Source: the human T2T-CHM13v2.0 reference genome, Homo sapiens. Taken from it: 64,000 bases of DNA. The stretch lies in assembly GCF_009914755.1 (NCBI RefSeq), contig NC_060938.1, one strand, 5' to 3'. Below, piece after piece: positions 12,777 to 27,235 of the stretch. Below the pieces are notes generated by a model, which saw nothing but the letters and a program-made list of their open reading frames with translations, searched no databases and was not told where the DNA came from. A program made the translations under genes and the position numbers. Each line of letters opens with the position of its first letter. Within the stretch, counting starts at the first letter, position 1.

Positions 12777-15700
12777 TTTTAAAGCATCCCTGTCATGCTA
12801 CATGTGCTGGCATACTCATCTTTGCTGGGCTCAGGAATTTAATCTTTTGGGAAAACCAATTGGCCATGTGGGATTCTTTTCTTAAAGTTCGGCCCCACAT
12901 GGTTCATGTGGGTGAGGCAGGAGAAGAGTTGGCTGCATCAGACAAGGTCAACCTCTGTGTACCAGCACCTGAGTATCTGTGGAGTACTTGAGGCATTTTA
13001 AACTGGGTATCTGTCTGTCTACATTTCTTGGGCCTCATTGGGTTGGGAGTGGTTCTAGTTCCTTCAACTATGCTTCCCATTCCTCTCTGCCAAGACTGTC
13101 CCACAGAGGGTGAGCCAACACGCTGCCCCATTCCCCCCCGCCATTTCATTATGCCAGGTAGCAAGACTAGCCTTGGCCACTGGAATTGCTAATACATCAG
13201 GGAAAACACCTGGTGAAGGAAGGAGATGTCACCTATGCAAAAATGGAGCAGGAGCCTCATCTTGAAATGAGTAGGGAGAGGACTTTGTTGCAGGCAGCTG
13301 GCCCCACCACTGGCCCACAGTGCTGGGGAGGTGGCTTCACCTGATTTCATTTTTGGCTGCAACTTGTGCATGATCCTGCCTCTGCCTTTGCAGCATACTG
13401 TGGCCTTTTGCTGCTTTGGCTTATGAAATGGTTCCACTCCCCAGTCCCCAAAGTTCAGAGGCCACCCAAATCCAGCCCCAGGCTCTGGGGACACACTGAA
13501 CGGAGGCCTGTTTCAGTTCAACTGCCTTCTTCTCACATAGACAGAGTTGATTTATAACTGGGCTCCATCATATTTGTTTTTCCAATTCTGGCCTTCTTAC
13601 TCCCCAGATTGACTTTCTACTGGAAATGACTTTTACCAAAGGTACCTCTTGGAAGAGTGTCAGGTCCATAGGGAAGTTAGAGGCATCAGGGCCTACTGGA
13701 CTTCAGGCCTGTCCCCAGCACCGTCCTGGGCTGCACTTTATTGGACGTGCTCATGGGTGGGGGGCTCAGAGACTTGGGGATAGGCCTTATCTTTTTAAAT
13801 TGAGCCCGTTCTAGGGAACATAGAGGATAAGGGCTTGAGGAGCTCAAAGAGAGGAACAGACATCTGGAAAGAAAGGAAATAGGAAACTGGGACAGTAAAA
13901 AGCAACCAGCATCTCAGAGGATGAGGGATTAGGATTTTTGATAACTGAAGTTTGTCTCATCTCTCTTTTCCTTTAATATGCTCATAAGCTTTTGAGGGGT
14001 TAGCATAGAAGCAGACATGTGCATGCACACATCCTCAGTTTAGTTTGGTATAGCATACACATTTTTCCTGCTTTCCCTCTTAGCCAATGATATATATTTG
14101 GTGGACAAAAGTTCCTTCTAAAAGGACCATTTAAGAAAAGGAAGATATGAAAGTAAGCATGTGTGTGAATGTGTTTGTGCCTCCACCACATGTAACTGCT
14201 TTCTTTTCGTTTCTTTCCTTTGAGTGTCTCCCCCTCCCCTGGGTGGTTTACATTTGCTGTCCTTTTGCTGAGATAATTTGCACTCTCCAACTTCATTAGC
14301 TGCAACTCCCTCCTGCCCTGGGACAAAAAACAGGGCCAAACTCTTCAAAAGAACACATGGAGACCCCATTAATGCTGGCCCTAATTGTGCCAATTCAAAC
14401 CCCTCAATAACTCTAATTAAAACCTGTCTTGTGCGAGGCGCTGAGTGGCAACACAGCTGTCATCCCAGACAATCACATAACAGCTATGAGAAAAAAGGTC
14501 TCTCTGTGCAATTTTTGGTGGTGGTTGTTATGGAAAGGGTCAATGCAGGAGGATTAAGACAGGGGTGCAGTCAGAGTGGGGAACCTTGAAAAAGTCTTCG
14601 ACGTCAGATCACAGTTTGAAATCAGAAGACCTTTAGCTTTTTTCCTCTAGCTGCCCCCTTATTTTTTTCCCCCTGCCCCAGGCAGGAACACCTGCAAACT
14701 GCCTGGAAGGGGCCATGACCACCAGACACATGGATACCACAAGTTGACTGAAACATCTGAAAGAAAAGGAGCCCCTCCCCTCCCCCTCAAGAGCCCGACC
14801 AGCAAAACCACACACCAAAAGCGGAGACAAAGTTTTTCTCTTGCTTCCAACTTTGTCTTTTAGGATCCAGCTGCACTTTGCTGGGCACCATAAATAACTC
14901 TGCAATTACATTAATTGGTTGCATATTTGTTGACACTGAAAGGGAAGCCTTTAAGGTTGGGGGAGGGGGAGGTGGGTTTCAGCTGTAATTTTCCACTCTT
15001 TCCCTTTGCCATCTCTCCCTGTCTGACTTCCAACCACCTTGCTTAGTTTTCTGGAATGGAGGGAAGTGGTGGGCTGATAGGCTGTTTTCAGAATAATCTT
15101 TGACGGCTTTCAGTCAGACTTATGTTTCTTCTGTTTGCTGTCCCTGGATCTGTTAATCCACTGGGTTTAGAAGTTATGTCCCACTGTGGGAGAACTTGAG
15201 ATGGGTTCCTGGCAACACTCCATGAAGTCTGATTTCCTCTGGAGGCAGGGTGTGGGGTGGGCTTCTTTTCAGGCTTATTGTTTGGATCAAAGGAGAACTG
15301 GCTAGACTTTTGCCTGAATCCCCAAACCCATCCTGGGTTCTTCCAGAAGCTTGGCCAAGATACCTTGGAGAGTATCTTGAATTCCATTCCTTGGGAAGCT
15401 ACGGGATCTTAGTTACCTCATTCACTCTACCTCAGTCAATGGGCAAGACCTGGAGCGTTCAGCTTGAAAACCAGCCCATTGGCTGGAGGACTTTGCAGAG
15501 TGGAAGGTGACAGGGGGCGTGTGGCAGACTCTGAGCCCCAGCTGACAGCTGAAAGTAGGCTGACGACCTGGGACTCAGAATTCATTTTCCCTCAGAGCTG
15601 AGCCTAAAGGAATTCCTCTGGGTCCTGGCCTAGGGCTGGAGGGGGAATGACAGCGCATGGAGCATGCCTTGGAAGCTGCTCCCCCACTGGCCCTGCTGAG

Positions 15701-16194
15701 TGGGCAGAGCCACCCTTGGGAGGAGGAGCCATGCCTGCTTTGCTATCACTGTTCCCTCACAGTACCCAACATGAGCCTGGCACACGGGAGGCTCCCAGCT
15801 AATGTCTGATCGGGGGGATGGCTGAGGACCTCAGGTTCTGGTGTCCAGGTGCTCTGAGCTCTTAAAAAAGGAAGGAATTACTTCAATATGAAATCAGATG
15901 GTTCCCTTCCACGTGGTGTGGTGGAAAGAGCATAGACTTTGAGGCCCACAGACTGTAACTTTAACATACCGACTTTTCAGAGCGTCATAAGGATAAATGC
16001 ACTTATGTAAGTAAACACAAGAAAAGTTACTTTCTTTTCCTTTCTCTGTGAAACCAGTGAGAAGAATAACTTTCAGAATATAAGCTGATTTCCTCACGGC
16101 AAAATAAGGACAACACAATCCTGCAAATTAGCAAAGCGAGAAGCAGGCTTGAGAACCTAAAAGCTTGAGCGAGACCGGGTTCCAGGCTGGGTCT

Positions 16195-16563
16195 CATGCT
16201 TACCACCTTGTATTTGCTGTTCCCTCTGCCTGGAACGTTCTTCTCCCGGTTGTTGCATGTCCCTCACTCCTTTAAGCCTCTGCTCAAATATCACTTCATC
16301 AGAGTGGGCTTCCTTGAGCACCCTATCCAAAATAGCAACCTCCCCTCCCCATCTCTATCTCCCTCACCTGCTTTATTTTTCCTTATGGTACATGTCATCC
16401 CCCAACATATTATATATGAGTTGATTTGTTTGTTATCTCTCTTCCTTATTACATTCTGAGTTTATGAGAACAGGAACTTGTTTTGTTCATTGTTGTATCC
16501 ACAGCACTTAGAACAGTGCCTGACACATAGCAGATGCTCAATTAGTATTTATTGAATGAATGG
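16195..16563 (+). mobile_element. L2 3' end
   Basis: ...CACAGCACTTAGAACAGTGCCTGACACATAGCAGATGCTCAATTAGTATTTATTGAATGAATG. Confidence 0.8.
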
Positions 16564-18647
16564 GTTCGGGGATGGCAACACCTTCTCATCACCTAACAGG
16601 AAGAGAATACCTGCTCCCAAATATTTGTTGGGTCAAGTTACTCCATAATAAACACGTTGAAAAGAGTGGCCCTTCTCTCATTTCCAACCTGCGGTTCCTA
16701 GAGTAGGAGTTAAGGTCATGGCTTTGGAGCCAGATAGTCTTGGCTGTACCCTCCCACAGAGAGGGGAACTGGGGATAATTGCTGAGCACCTCTGAACTGC
16801 AGTTTCCTTATCTGAAGGTAACAATGATTGTTACCTCATAGGACTCCTGTGTGAATTAAGATAATGTTTGAAAAGTGTTTATGGGGATTTTTGGCACAAA
16901 GTATGTGTACATCAAAAAGTGGATGGCATTGCTGTTGTGGTCATCGTCATCCTCATGATCTTGAGGCTGAGACCACCCCCCCACCCTTAACTGAGAGTGG
17001 GGCTGATCTAAGGACAGGCAATGCCATGAGGCAAGTGTAGACTTTTATTTTGAAATAACCCCCACCAACTAATCATACTTAGGGAGGGGAGAGCTAAGCC
17101 TTGTTTTACTGCTTTTATTCCTCTGCTGTCTTGTTTTTGAAACTTGCACTTGGTTGCTCATCACATAGTCTTGTAGATAAGAAGGACCACAAATTCCTCA
17201 CTGAGTTTATTTCCTCGAGCTTGGACAGCTGGTGCAGAAGGTCCCCAAATGGTATTTGGGTCATTATCACCTTGACAAGGAATCTGATTTCTTTTCAAAC
17301 CAGAATAGGTTTCTGTCTAAGACCAGAGTAAATATCATCCCTTCAAAGAGACCAAACAGATGAGTCACAAGCAGACAAATCCGAGTCTTTTTTTCAGTGT
17401 CGCTAGGATGTTGTGAGTGGGCACACCCTCATTCTCTTTCCAGCCACCAAGAGTCGGCGTTAGGTGTTGGCAGGGCGACTACCCACTCCAGGGGCTCTCA
17501 ATTTGTCTGCCCGTGTTTGGACCTAGGACTTTTCTGGGGCCGTCAGCCTTACCCTATTGCAGTTGTTTATCTACTCCAGTGACCTGTATTCAATGATGTT
17601 GTATGACTGCCCATATGTATGTTTATGTGCACATATGCAAACACATGATACACATACAAACCATACTTATTCCCTGCCTTTGGAAAGTTGGAAACAGTAT
17701 GAGATTTGGAATCATCTAGACCTTAGCTTTAAATTCTGGCTTTGTCCTGTAGTTGCTTTGTGACCAAGTCCAATGTGGTCCCTGCTATGTCAACACCCCT
17801 ATGCACACCAATAGGAGACTTTCTTCTTCTTTCTCCAGGCAGGAGAATAAGGGTTGGCTGGGCAAAGACAGGGTTCCTGGTAGGGAAAGGGAAGGGGACA
17901 CATGCTTTGGAGAAGGGAGGGACCAATTAAGGATGGAGAGTGGTTGTGCAGTGAGAGAGAAGTGGAGAAAGAGATCTCTATACGCTCTGGCCCACTGTGT
18001 GAGGCTGGAGTCTGGGGCCCATCTATGTCCAAGGGCACTAAGTGCTGCTCACCCCAGATGCACAGCCCATCACAGTTTGTATACCTCAGTGCAAGGCATT
18101 GCTTATATTGGCTTTGCTTAGTTCACAAGTCGGCAGTGCTGACCAGCAGCAGGTGAAGTGAAGAGCCCAGAAAGATTCCAGCTACAGAGACATTGGAGAA
18201 TCAAAGAATGACTGATGAGGGATCCTAGAGCGTTGGTCACTAAAGGGCGGCCTCAGGGCAATCCTCTGGATGGTGGCAAAAGAATGGTTAGAATCCATTT
18301 CTATTTGTAATCTACTAAAAACAAGAAACAAAAGTGCTCATTAATATCTACTCACAGAGTGGCTCTTCTTCTCCAACTTAGTCCATTCATCAGACAGCAC
18401 GCACCACAGCAGATGTAGGAGTGGGAGTCCCTGGATCAAGGGTGGGGGCGGGTTGCCCTCATTCTGTCCTGCGCTTTGAGCGTGTTGTGATGTATTACAA
18501 CAGTATATTTGTGCCTGTTAGTATATTGTTTAGTTGAATGCCTAGCCTCACAAAATAGACAGCCTAAAAATTTCCTTTTAAAAGCAAAAAAATTGTTTTG
18601 TAGACAGTATTAAAACTGCAAAATATTAAAACAACGATGATGGCTGA

Positions 18648-19102
<455 letters not shown>

Positions 19103-19157
19103 TAATGATGTCTTGCTTTACATAAATATTTTGCCTTTAAATATCAGTGAGTGATAA

Positions 19158-19518
<361 letters not shown>

Positions 19519-20106
19519 AGTGTTTAGTTTAGCCCTTAAATTTTCTAGACATTATATGCACCCAGGTAGCTCACTGTAACTAGTTATACATACAGTAGGG
19601 GTGAATGCTCAAAACCTTCTTCTGCTAGAGGCATACAATAAAAAAAGTTGGAGCCCACTGATTAAGAGTAACCTTCTAATTGTATAGATGAAGTAAGTGA
19701 GGATAGAGAAATAAGCCATGTGTCCAGGATCTCAATGTGAATTAGCCTTGGGGCACAGAGCAGGCACCAGGACTCAGGTGACTGCCTGTCCAGAGCTTTT
19801 AGTGATATGGGATTTTGTTGTTGTTATTAAGGATACAGCATCTCCCTGCCCCAAAGCATTGACTTTGGATCATGGGAACAGCTCTGAGGGTGTCATTCCC
19901 CAGCTGTGTATTTTAGCTATATCTGTAAAAAAAAATGGAGCGGGAGTGTCAAGGCCAGGATTATGTCTGAGAAATGTTAGTCACCTCAAGAATGAAGGCC
20001 TTTAATGGTAGCACTTGCACACTAATAACCAATATATAAATTATACTTGATTTGTACCTTTTAAAGACTTTCAGTGCTGTTATCCATTACCTCTCTTAGT
20101 AGGTAG

Positions 20107-20459
<353 letters not shown>

Positions 20460-22767
20460 TAGAACTATTCCATTCATCCGGATTTTCAGTAGTTAGCCTG
20501 CTCTTCCTTCAGTTAGGGAAGACAGAGGATTTTACTAGTGCTCAGAAAGTGCTGGGAACAGAGAGGAGGCTGCTGGCAGGAGGGTGAGAGGGGAGAGATG
20601 GACTGGAGAATAGCAGGGAGTGCGAAGAGGAGAGGCTGAGCGAGGGAGTGTGGAGAGGAGAGAGCTGAGCTCCGAGGTGAAGGGGGCAGGTGGGAGGAGG
20701 GGCATCCCAGGATGAAGGGCTGTGGTGCTCTCCGCTCCCTGCTTCTATTAATCCAATTAAAGTGTTGAAAATCAGATCTCATGTAAAGCTTTGAACATGA
20801 ACTTTTCATTACAGCACCGGGGTGGAGGTGGGGGTCGGGGTGGAGGAGGAAGAGAGGAGCGGGGAGGCACGGGGAGTCATGAGGTGGGGGTGGAAAAGCC
20901 TCCCAGTCTTCCCCAGAACAGAGGTGCAGATGTGATGCTGCTGGGCCTAGGCCCGCTCTGCTGGGGCCCGGATGACCAGAAGCTCGGGCTTCCTCCTCAT
21001 GCACCTTCTGACTTATTTTTATTATCTGTACCTCCTGACAACCCCATTCTTTGGTGCTTGGCAGGTGAGGTCAGAAAGAGGGTGCCTTGAAGGCCCCCTT
21101 CTGTGGCCTCAGAAACCACACTCCCGCAGTCCCCAGGCTCCCCTCAGCATGAGGACAGTGGATCCAAAGGCAAAGGAGAAGAGTAAGAAGCTGGGGCCCG
21201 ATGCCATGCAATTAACCCCCAAGTTTGCTTCAAAACTTGGTGTAAGAGAAAAACTGAGGATCCCCAAGCACTAAAAAGTATCCCCTTCCGACCCCGAGAA
21301 AACGGGTCTCCAGGGACAGAAAAGGTGTGCTCCGGTGGGAAGGACAGCCTCGTTCCAGGCAGCGCTTCCTCCCTCCCTCCCGCGCATGGTCCACGCTCAA
21401 CTCATTCATCGACAGTATTCAGGGCTCCCTGAGCCGACGCCTGGTTCTGTGCCAGCTGCTGGGTATCCAGTCTGACGTTCTGGTGTGGGTGAGACAGGCA
21501 ATGAAAAGTCAGCAAAGAAACGTGCTCCCTGCAGATTGTTCTAAGTAGGACAAGGGAAAGAACCCAATCACACATGTCTCTGCCTTTTCCATCTTGGTCT
21601 GTGGCCTCTCTGATTGGAAAGCAAGGCAGATGGCCCAGCAGAGGCTCAGCAAAATCGGCTAAGGTCGCCGGTTTAGCTGGTAGGCCTGGGAGGAAAACCC
21701 AATGTATGCCTCCTTTCTGTCACCCCCACTACCCCTCAGAATTCCCCTGCAAATTAAATTTGTTATGTGGCCAATACATTGGTTTAGATTTTAAAAAAGT
21801 AGAAGGGGAAGGCACATTTCACGGCATTCAAGATTGTGTGCTGCTTCCCCCCTGCAGCCTGGTTTTTGACCTGCTTGCTGGGCTGACTGTAGGATGGACA
21901 AGATGCTGGCCTCTGGGTGGATGGGGATCAGGGGCGCAGGGTGGCTCTCTCCTTGAACTCCCCTCTCCGTGCTCAGCTACTCTTCTGCACCGGGGTTTCC
22001 CTGGGCCCTCCATTCCCAAGAAGGGGGCCCTCCCTTGCCGCCTGGGGTTTAATCTCCGCCAGGCCTGTGCACCGCTGGGCTGCTGGTGTGTGGTCCTTCT
22101 CACTCATGTGCCTCAACAGCTGGAAATAGTGAGGCGGGAAGGGGGACGTCGAGCATAAAACCCTGGCACTTCTCAAAACAAAACGAACAACTCCAGCTTT
22201 TAATCAGTGTAGGGCAGGGGCGGGAGAATTGTGTTTGGTTTGACATAGACAAAGCCCTTTTTAGGTCTCTGCTTTCCGAGGAATCTGTGACTGCCCTTTC
22301 TGAAACGGCTGCAGAACCCTGGGCTGGAGATGCTGGGCTGTTCAGCAGGGCCTGGGGAAGAGACTGGACCCACTTGGCGCAGGGTAGGGATTTGGCTTTT
22401 ATTAGCCAGACCCCTCTGCAGTGGAAATGATATCTATTAGTCTCCTCTTCTGCTCTTGGAAGCCGGAAGAACCATAGCTTTTGGGAATGTGGTCCGTCCT
22501 GCCTTGAGCTTTGATAGGTGGGCTCCTTCAAAGAGGAGACTGCGAATTTGAGTTTTAAAAATGAATTTCTACATTATGGTTAGGGGAACTTGCTATGTAT
22601 GGGACCCCAACTGTGAAAGAATAAATTTGCAAAGTGAAGAATCCTGTCCTATTCCTGCTCCCAGCCACTGCCCTGACCAGATTTTTAGATACCAGGTTAT
22701 TCTAGAGTCTGCATCATCCTAAAGTGACTTAGTATAAAGTCCCAAAGGATGAGCCCTGCCTCTGGCC

Positions 22768-22963
22768 TAGGATCACCAGATTTAGCAAATAAACATACAG
22801 GATGCCTAGCTGAATTTGAATTTCAGATAAACAATAAATACATTCTTAGCATAACCCATGCAATAAGGCAGAGTTATGCAATATTTGGGGTGTACTTGCA
22901 CTAAACATTTTGTTGTTTATCTGACATTCAGATTTAACAAGGTATCCTGTGTTTTACCCGGCA
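22768..22963 (+). mobile_element. MER53 (copy 2)
   Basis: TAGGATCACCAGATTTAGCAAATAAACATACAGGATGCC...TTGAATTTCAGATAAACAA. Confidence 0.8.
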
Positions 22964-23338
22964 GGTGTGCTCCGGCCCTTTTTCATGCAGATCTTGGTCC
23001 CTCTTCATCTCCGTTAGGCCCTCCTCTTTTCTTCCTGGGTGCTTTCTGGACTTAGGTCTCCCTGGGGCCCTGTACTCCATCTTTCTGTCTTGTTATAATC
23101 CCTTCATTTCTCAGTCTGGGATAGCTCTCCTCATCTGCTCTCCCTTTTCTCCTGGTCCAATCTTACTTGTCAGCCCTGGGTTGGTCAAGATTCAGCCACT
23201 GTGTCTGAGGACTAAGAACAGTGGTGGTGATACCTTGTCTACAGTTTTGTCACTCCCTGGCTTCCCATGTGCCAGGCACTGTTGGTTGCTTTACCGATGT
23301 TAATCACTTAACACTTACAACAAAACTAGAAGGAAGAC

Positions 23339-24052
23339 TTTTTTTTTTTTTTTTACTGTGGTGAAATAAACATAACATAAAATTTACCATTTTAACCATT
23401 TTTAGGTGTATAGTTCGTTGGCGTTTGGTATATTCACATTGTTGTACTACCATCACCATAATCTGTCTCCAGAACTTTTTCTTCTTCCCAAACTGAAACT
23501 CTGTACCCATTAAACCCATTCTCCTTTCCCTCCAGGCCCTGACAACCACTATTCTATTTTCTGTGATGAATTTGACTACCTAGATGCCTCATTTAAGTGG
23601 AATTATACAATATTTATCCTTTAAAATATGTCTTATTTCACCTAGCATTGTGTCTTCAAGGTTCATTCACGTTGTAGCATGTGTCAGAGTCTTCTTCCTT
23701 TTAAAGGCTGAATCATATTCTTTGTATGTAGACACCACATTTTGTTTATCCATTCATCCATCAATGAACACTTGGATTGCTTTCATCTTCTGGCTATTGT
23801 GAATAAGGCTGCTATGAAGATTTAGTGTATAAATATCTGCTTGAGTCCCTGATTTCAGGTCTTTCGAGTATATACCCAGCAGTGGAATTGCTGGGTCGTA
23901 TGGTAATTCTATGTTTAATTTTTTGAGGAACTGCCATACTGTTTTCCATAGCAGCTGTATCATTTTACATTCCAACCAGCTACACACAGGGTTCCAATTT
24001 CTCCACATCCTTGCCAGCACTTAAAAAAATATAATAGCCATCCCAATGGGTG
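23339..24052 (-). mobile_element. L1 3' end (L1MB-like)
   Basis: Poly-T, L1MB 3'UTR, and ORF2 C-terminal remnant (WKTVWQFLKKLNIELPYDPAIPLLGIY). Confidence 0.88.
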
Positions 24053-25039
24053 TAAACAAGGAAGGCAGGTTTAATTGTAATTACTATTTCACAAATGAGA
24101 AAACTGAAAACCGAGGTTCAGAGAGGTGGAGACACATGTCTATGGTCAGCCAGCAAGTCACAGAGGTGGAATTTGAATCGAGGTCTAACTCCCAATCTAG
24201 GACTCTTAACTATTATGTTATATTTCCTGCCTCTGATACAAGCATCCAAATGGAAATTTTTCTGTCTTTGGACACATGTCTAATTGTGCAAGACATCTGG
24301 TAAAGGCTCAAACCTAGAAACAAAATATGTCAAAGGAGTTTTTACATGTTCTTATTGAAACTGTACCTCTCACATGGGAAAAGAGCAATAACAATTTCCC
24401 CTTATTTGCATTTCATCCTAGTTATTGAAAAATAATCTTTTCAATTTGGCCTCTCTGTAATCTTTCACCCCGATATCATCTGGTCATTTTAATGGCCTAG
24501 CAAGTGGGTTTGGGTATGGACTTTGACCTTGTTGGAGAGTGGGAGGATAGAGAAGCTAGATGATAGAAGATAAGGACTTTAATCTCAACATGTTTGAGGT
24601 TTAAGTGGCCAGAGAGATGTGGCCATCTAAGAGGCATTATCCAGCCACAGATGCATGGACCGCAGGAAACACTGGGTTGCTAGAAGGATGAGCAGAGGGG
24701 CTGAGGCCAAGGGGCAGACAGCAGCAATTGCAGTACATTTGTGGCTAGTGGAGCGTTCTCCTGGCTGAGGGCAATGCTGCCTCTTTGGCTGGGTGCAAGG
24801 CCTGGCATGACTCCATGAAGTGCAACCTAGAGAAGGAGGCTGCGGTTGGTATCGCCCTACCTCTTAGACTCCAGCTCCTTTCTGAGTGCCACTTTGCCCA
24901 AGGCCAGAGCCCTCAGATTGAACCATTGACTTTGAACTATGATCCCATGGAAATGGCCTGGCTCCAGCCTCTGGTGCTAGCTGGGCCTTTACATTGATTC
25001 TCAGGATGAGCTCCAAAATCTGGTTGTCCAGTTGTTCTA

Positions 25040-25275
25040 ACACAGGGTGGCAGCAAAGAATGTGGACTTGCTGTCAGACGTGTTCAGGTTGGAAAACAAC
25101 TCTGCCACTGGGGCTTGTGGGACCATAGGAAAGTTTCTTAGCCTCTCTGAGCTTCAGTTTCCTCATTTGAAGTATGGCAATAATATAGGAGATAATATGG
25201 TTGTCATGAGGATGGAAGGAGACATTTATAAAGTGTTTAGCATGTAGTAAGTGCTCAATAAGTAGTAGCTGTTAA
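25040..25275 (+). mobile_element. MIR
   Basis: CTCTCTGAGCTTCAGTTTCCTCATTT...GTAAGTGCTCAATAA. Confidence 0.75.
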
Positions 25276-26272
25276 AAACTCATTTTCCTACGAGTTTTTT
25301 CAAGCTACTACTAAAGAGCTACTCTTTCTGTTTAGTAGTAGCTTTAAAAAGACTCTTAGGAAAACCTACTAGATTTGTATTTATTTCTCCTCTTTGTGGA
25401 GCAGTTTGTCAATTTGGCTATATTATCATGCTTAACCTCTGCAGAAGGAGGTCAGTTTCCTTGTTGAGCAGGAGAGAAGATGACCTAGGAAGGATGGATG
25501 CTGAATTCTGCAAGGTGTGTGCCTTGCTCAGAGCAGGTGCTCACTCATATTGTTGGATAAATCAATATGTCAGTTGGAATGGGGGTTTCCTGATGGGGAG
25601 CCATGAGAATGAGGGGTATGGAATTTAAAGGCTCAGTGTGCAGTGGGAAGGCAGAGGAGACTGGATTTGATCATTCCTTCCTATTTTTTAGGTGACACTT
25701 CTCACTTTATCGCAAATATAATGTATGGACATTTAGAAAAAATAAAAATTATAGATAATTAAAGATCTTTGAACAGGAAAATGATACAATGGAGAGAATA
25801 TCTGATGATTTTTTTCCCCCAGGAAACCACTGGACTTTGGGAAAACCATGTGGCAGAGTCGGGACCACAAACATGGTAACTGCAAATCCAAGGAAAAGTG
25901 GTAGGATTTGGAAGAGGTGGGGTGGGAGCGCTTCTGAGCCTGGAAGAGCAGGAGTCTGGAGGCACTGTAGGTGATGGTCCAGGCATAGGGGTGAGGTGAG
26001 ACTCTGAGGGGGTGAGGAGATCCTGTACTCTCTGGATATGCAAGCTGAAACCAAAGAGGGCCATAAAACGAATAGGATTGAAGAGTTGGGGAGGTGCATG
26101 GGCTGCAGGCATTAGTTTGAGCATCACCAAAGCACAAGAAGTCACTGAGGCTGTGACAGTAATACAGCCTCCAGGTAAAGGGATTGCATGTTGGTGGAGA
26201 TGGGCAAGGCCAGGAGCTGGTGACACTCCAGTGAAAGGAGAAAGATCAGGAGGGAGCTAGAAAGGAATGAGG

Positions 26273-26759
26273 TGTGGAGGAAGGCAGCAGGCTTAATAAC
26301 ATCCCCACTAAAGATGTCCACATCTTTATCTCTGAAATCTGTGAATATGCTACCTTATATGGCAAAAGGGACTTTTCATGTGTGATTAGATTAATAATCT
26401 TGTGATGGGAGATTATCCTGGGTTATCTGGTGTGCCAATGTAATCATAAGGGGCCTTATAAGAGAGAGGCAAGAGGATCAGTGTCACAGAGAGATTGGAC
26501 CATGCTATGTTGCTGGCTTTGAAGATGGAGGATGAGGCTGCAAGCCAAGGAATGCAGGAGGTCTCCAGAAAAAAGGCAAGAAAATAGACTCTTTCCTAGA
26601 GCCTATGGAAGTAATGCAGCCCTGCCAATAGCTTGATTTTAGCCCACTCAGACAGATTTAGAACTTCTGACTTCCATAACTGTCATGTAATAAATGTGTG
26701 TTGTTTTAAGCCACTAGGTTTGGGGTAATTTGTTATAGCAGCAATAGGAAACTAACACA
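26273..26759 (+). mobile_element. MaLR solo LTR (MLT1D-like)
   Basis: GATGTCCACATC...GAATATGCTACCTTATATGGCAAAAGGGAC...GCAGCAATAGGAAACTAACACA. Confidence 0.8.
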
Positions 26760-26851
26760 TGGATGGAACTGACCAGGCACAGTGACCAGGCACAGTGTGG
26801 GGGATTCACCAGGTTACTGAGATGTGTTAGTACAGTTTGGGGTGTAGAGAC

Positions 26852-27235
26852 TGTATCAGTCAGAGTTCTCCAGAGCTAGAGACCCAGGAGAGCTATTGGT
26901 GTAGTTTCAGTCATCTTCAGGCCAGCAGGTTTGAGACCCAGGCAAAGCCAATGTTTCATTTCAAATCCAAAACCTGAGGTCCCCATTCTAATGCCCTGAG
27001 GCAGAAAGGGTCTCTTTATTCTGGGGAGGGTCAGCCTTTATGTTCTATTCAGGTCTTCAACAGATTGGATGAAGCCCACTCACATCAGGGAGGGCAAGCC
27101 GCTTTACTCGGTCTACCAATTTAAATGTTAATTGCGTCCCAAAACACCTTCATAGAAACACTCAGAACAACCTTTGATCAAATATTGGGGCATGCCATGG
27201 CTTAATCCAGTTGACACATAAAATTAACTCTTCCA
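26852..27235 (-). mobile_element. ERVL LTR (MLT2-like)
   Basis: TGTATCAGTCAGAGTTCTCCAGAG...GTTGACACATAAAATTAAC. Confidence 0.75.
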
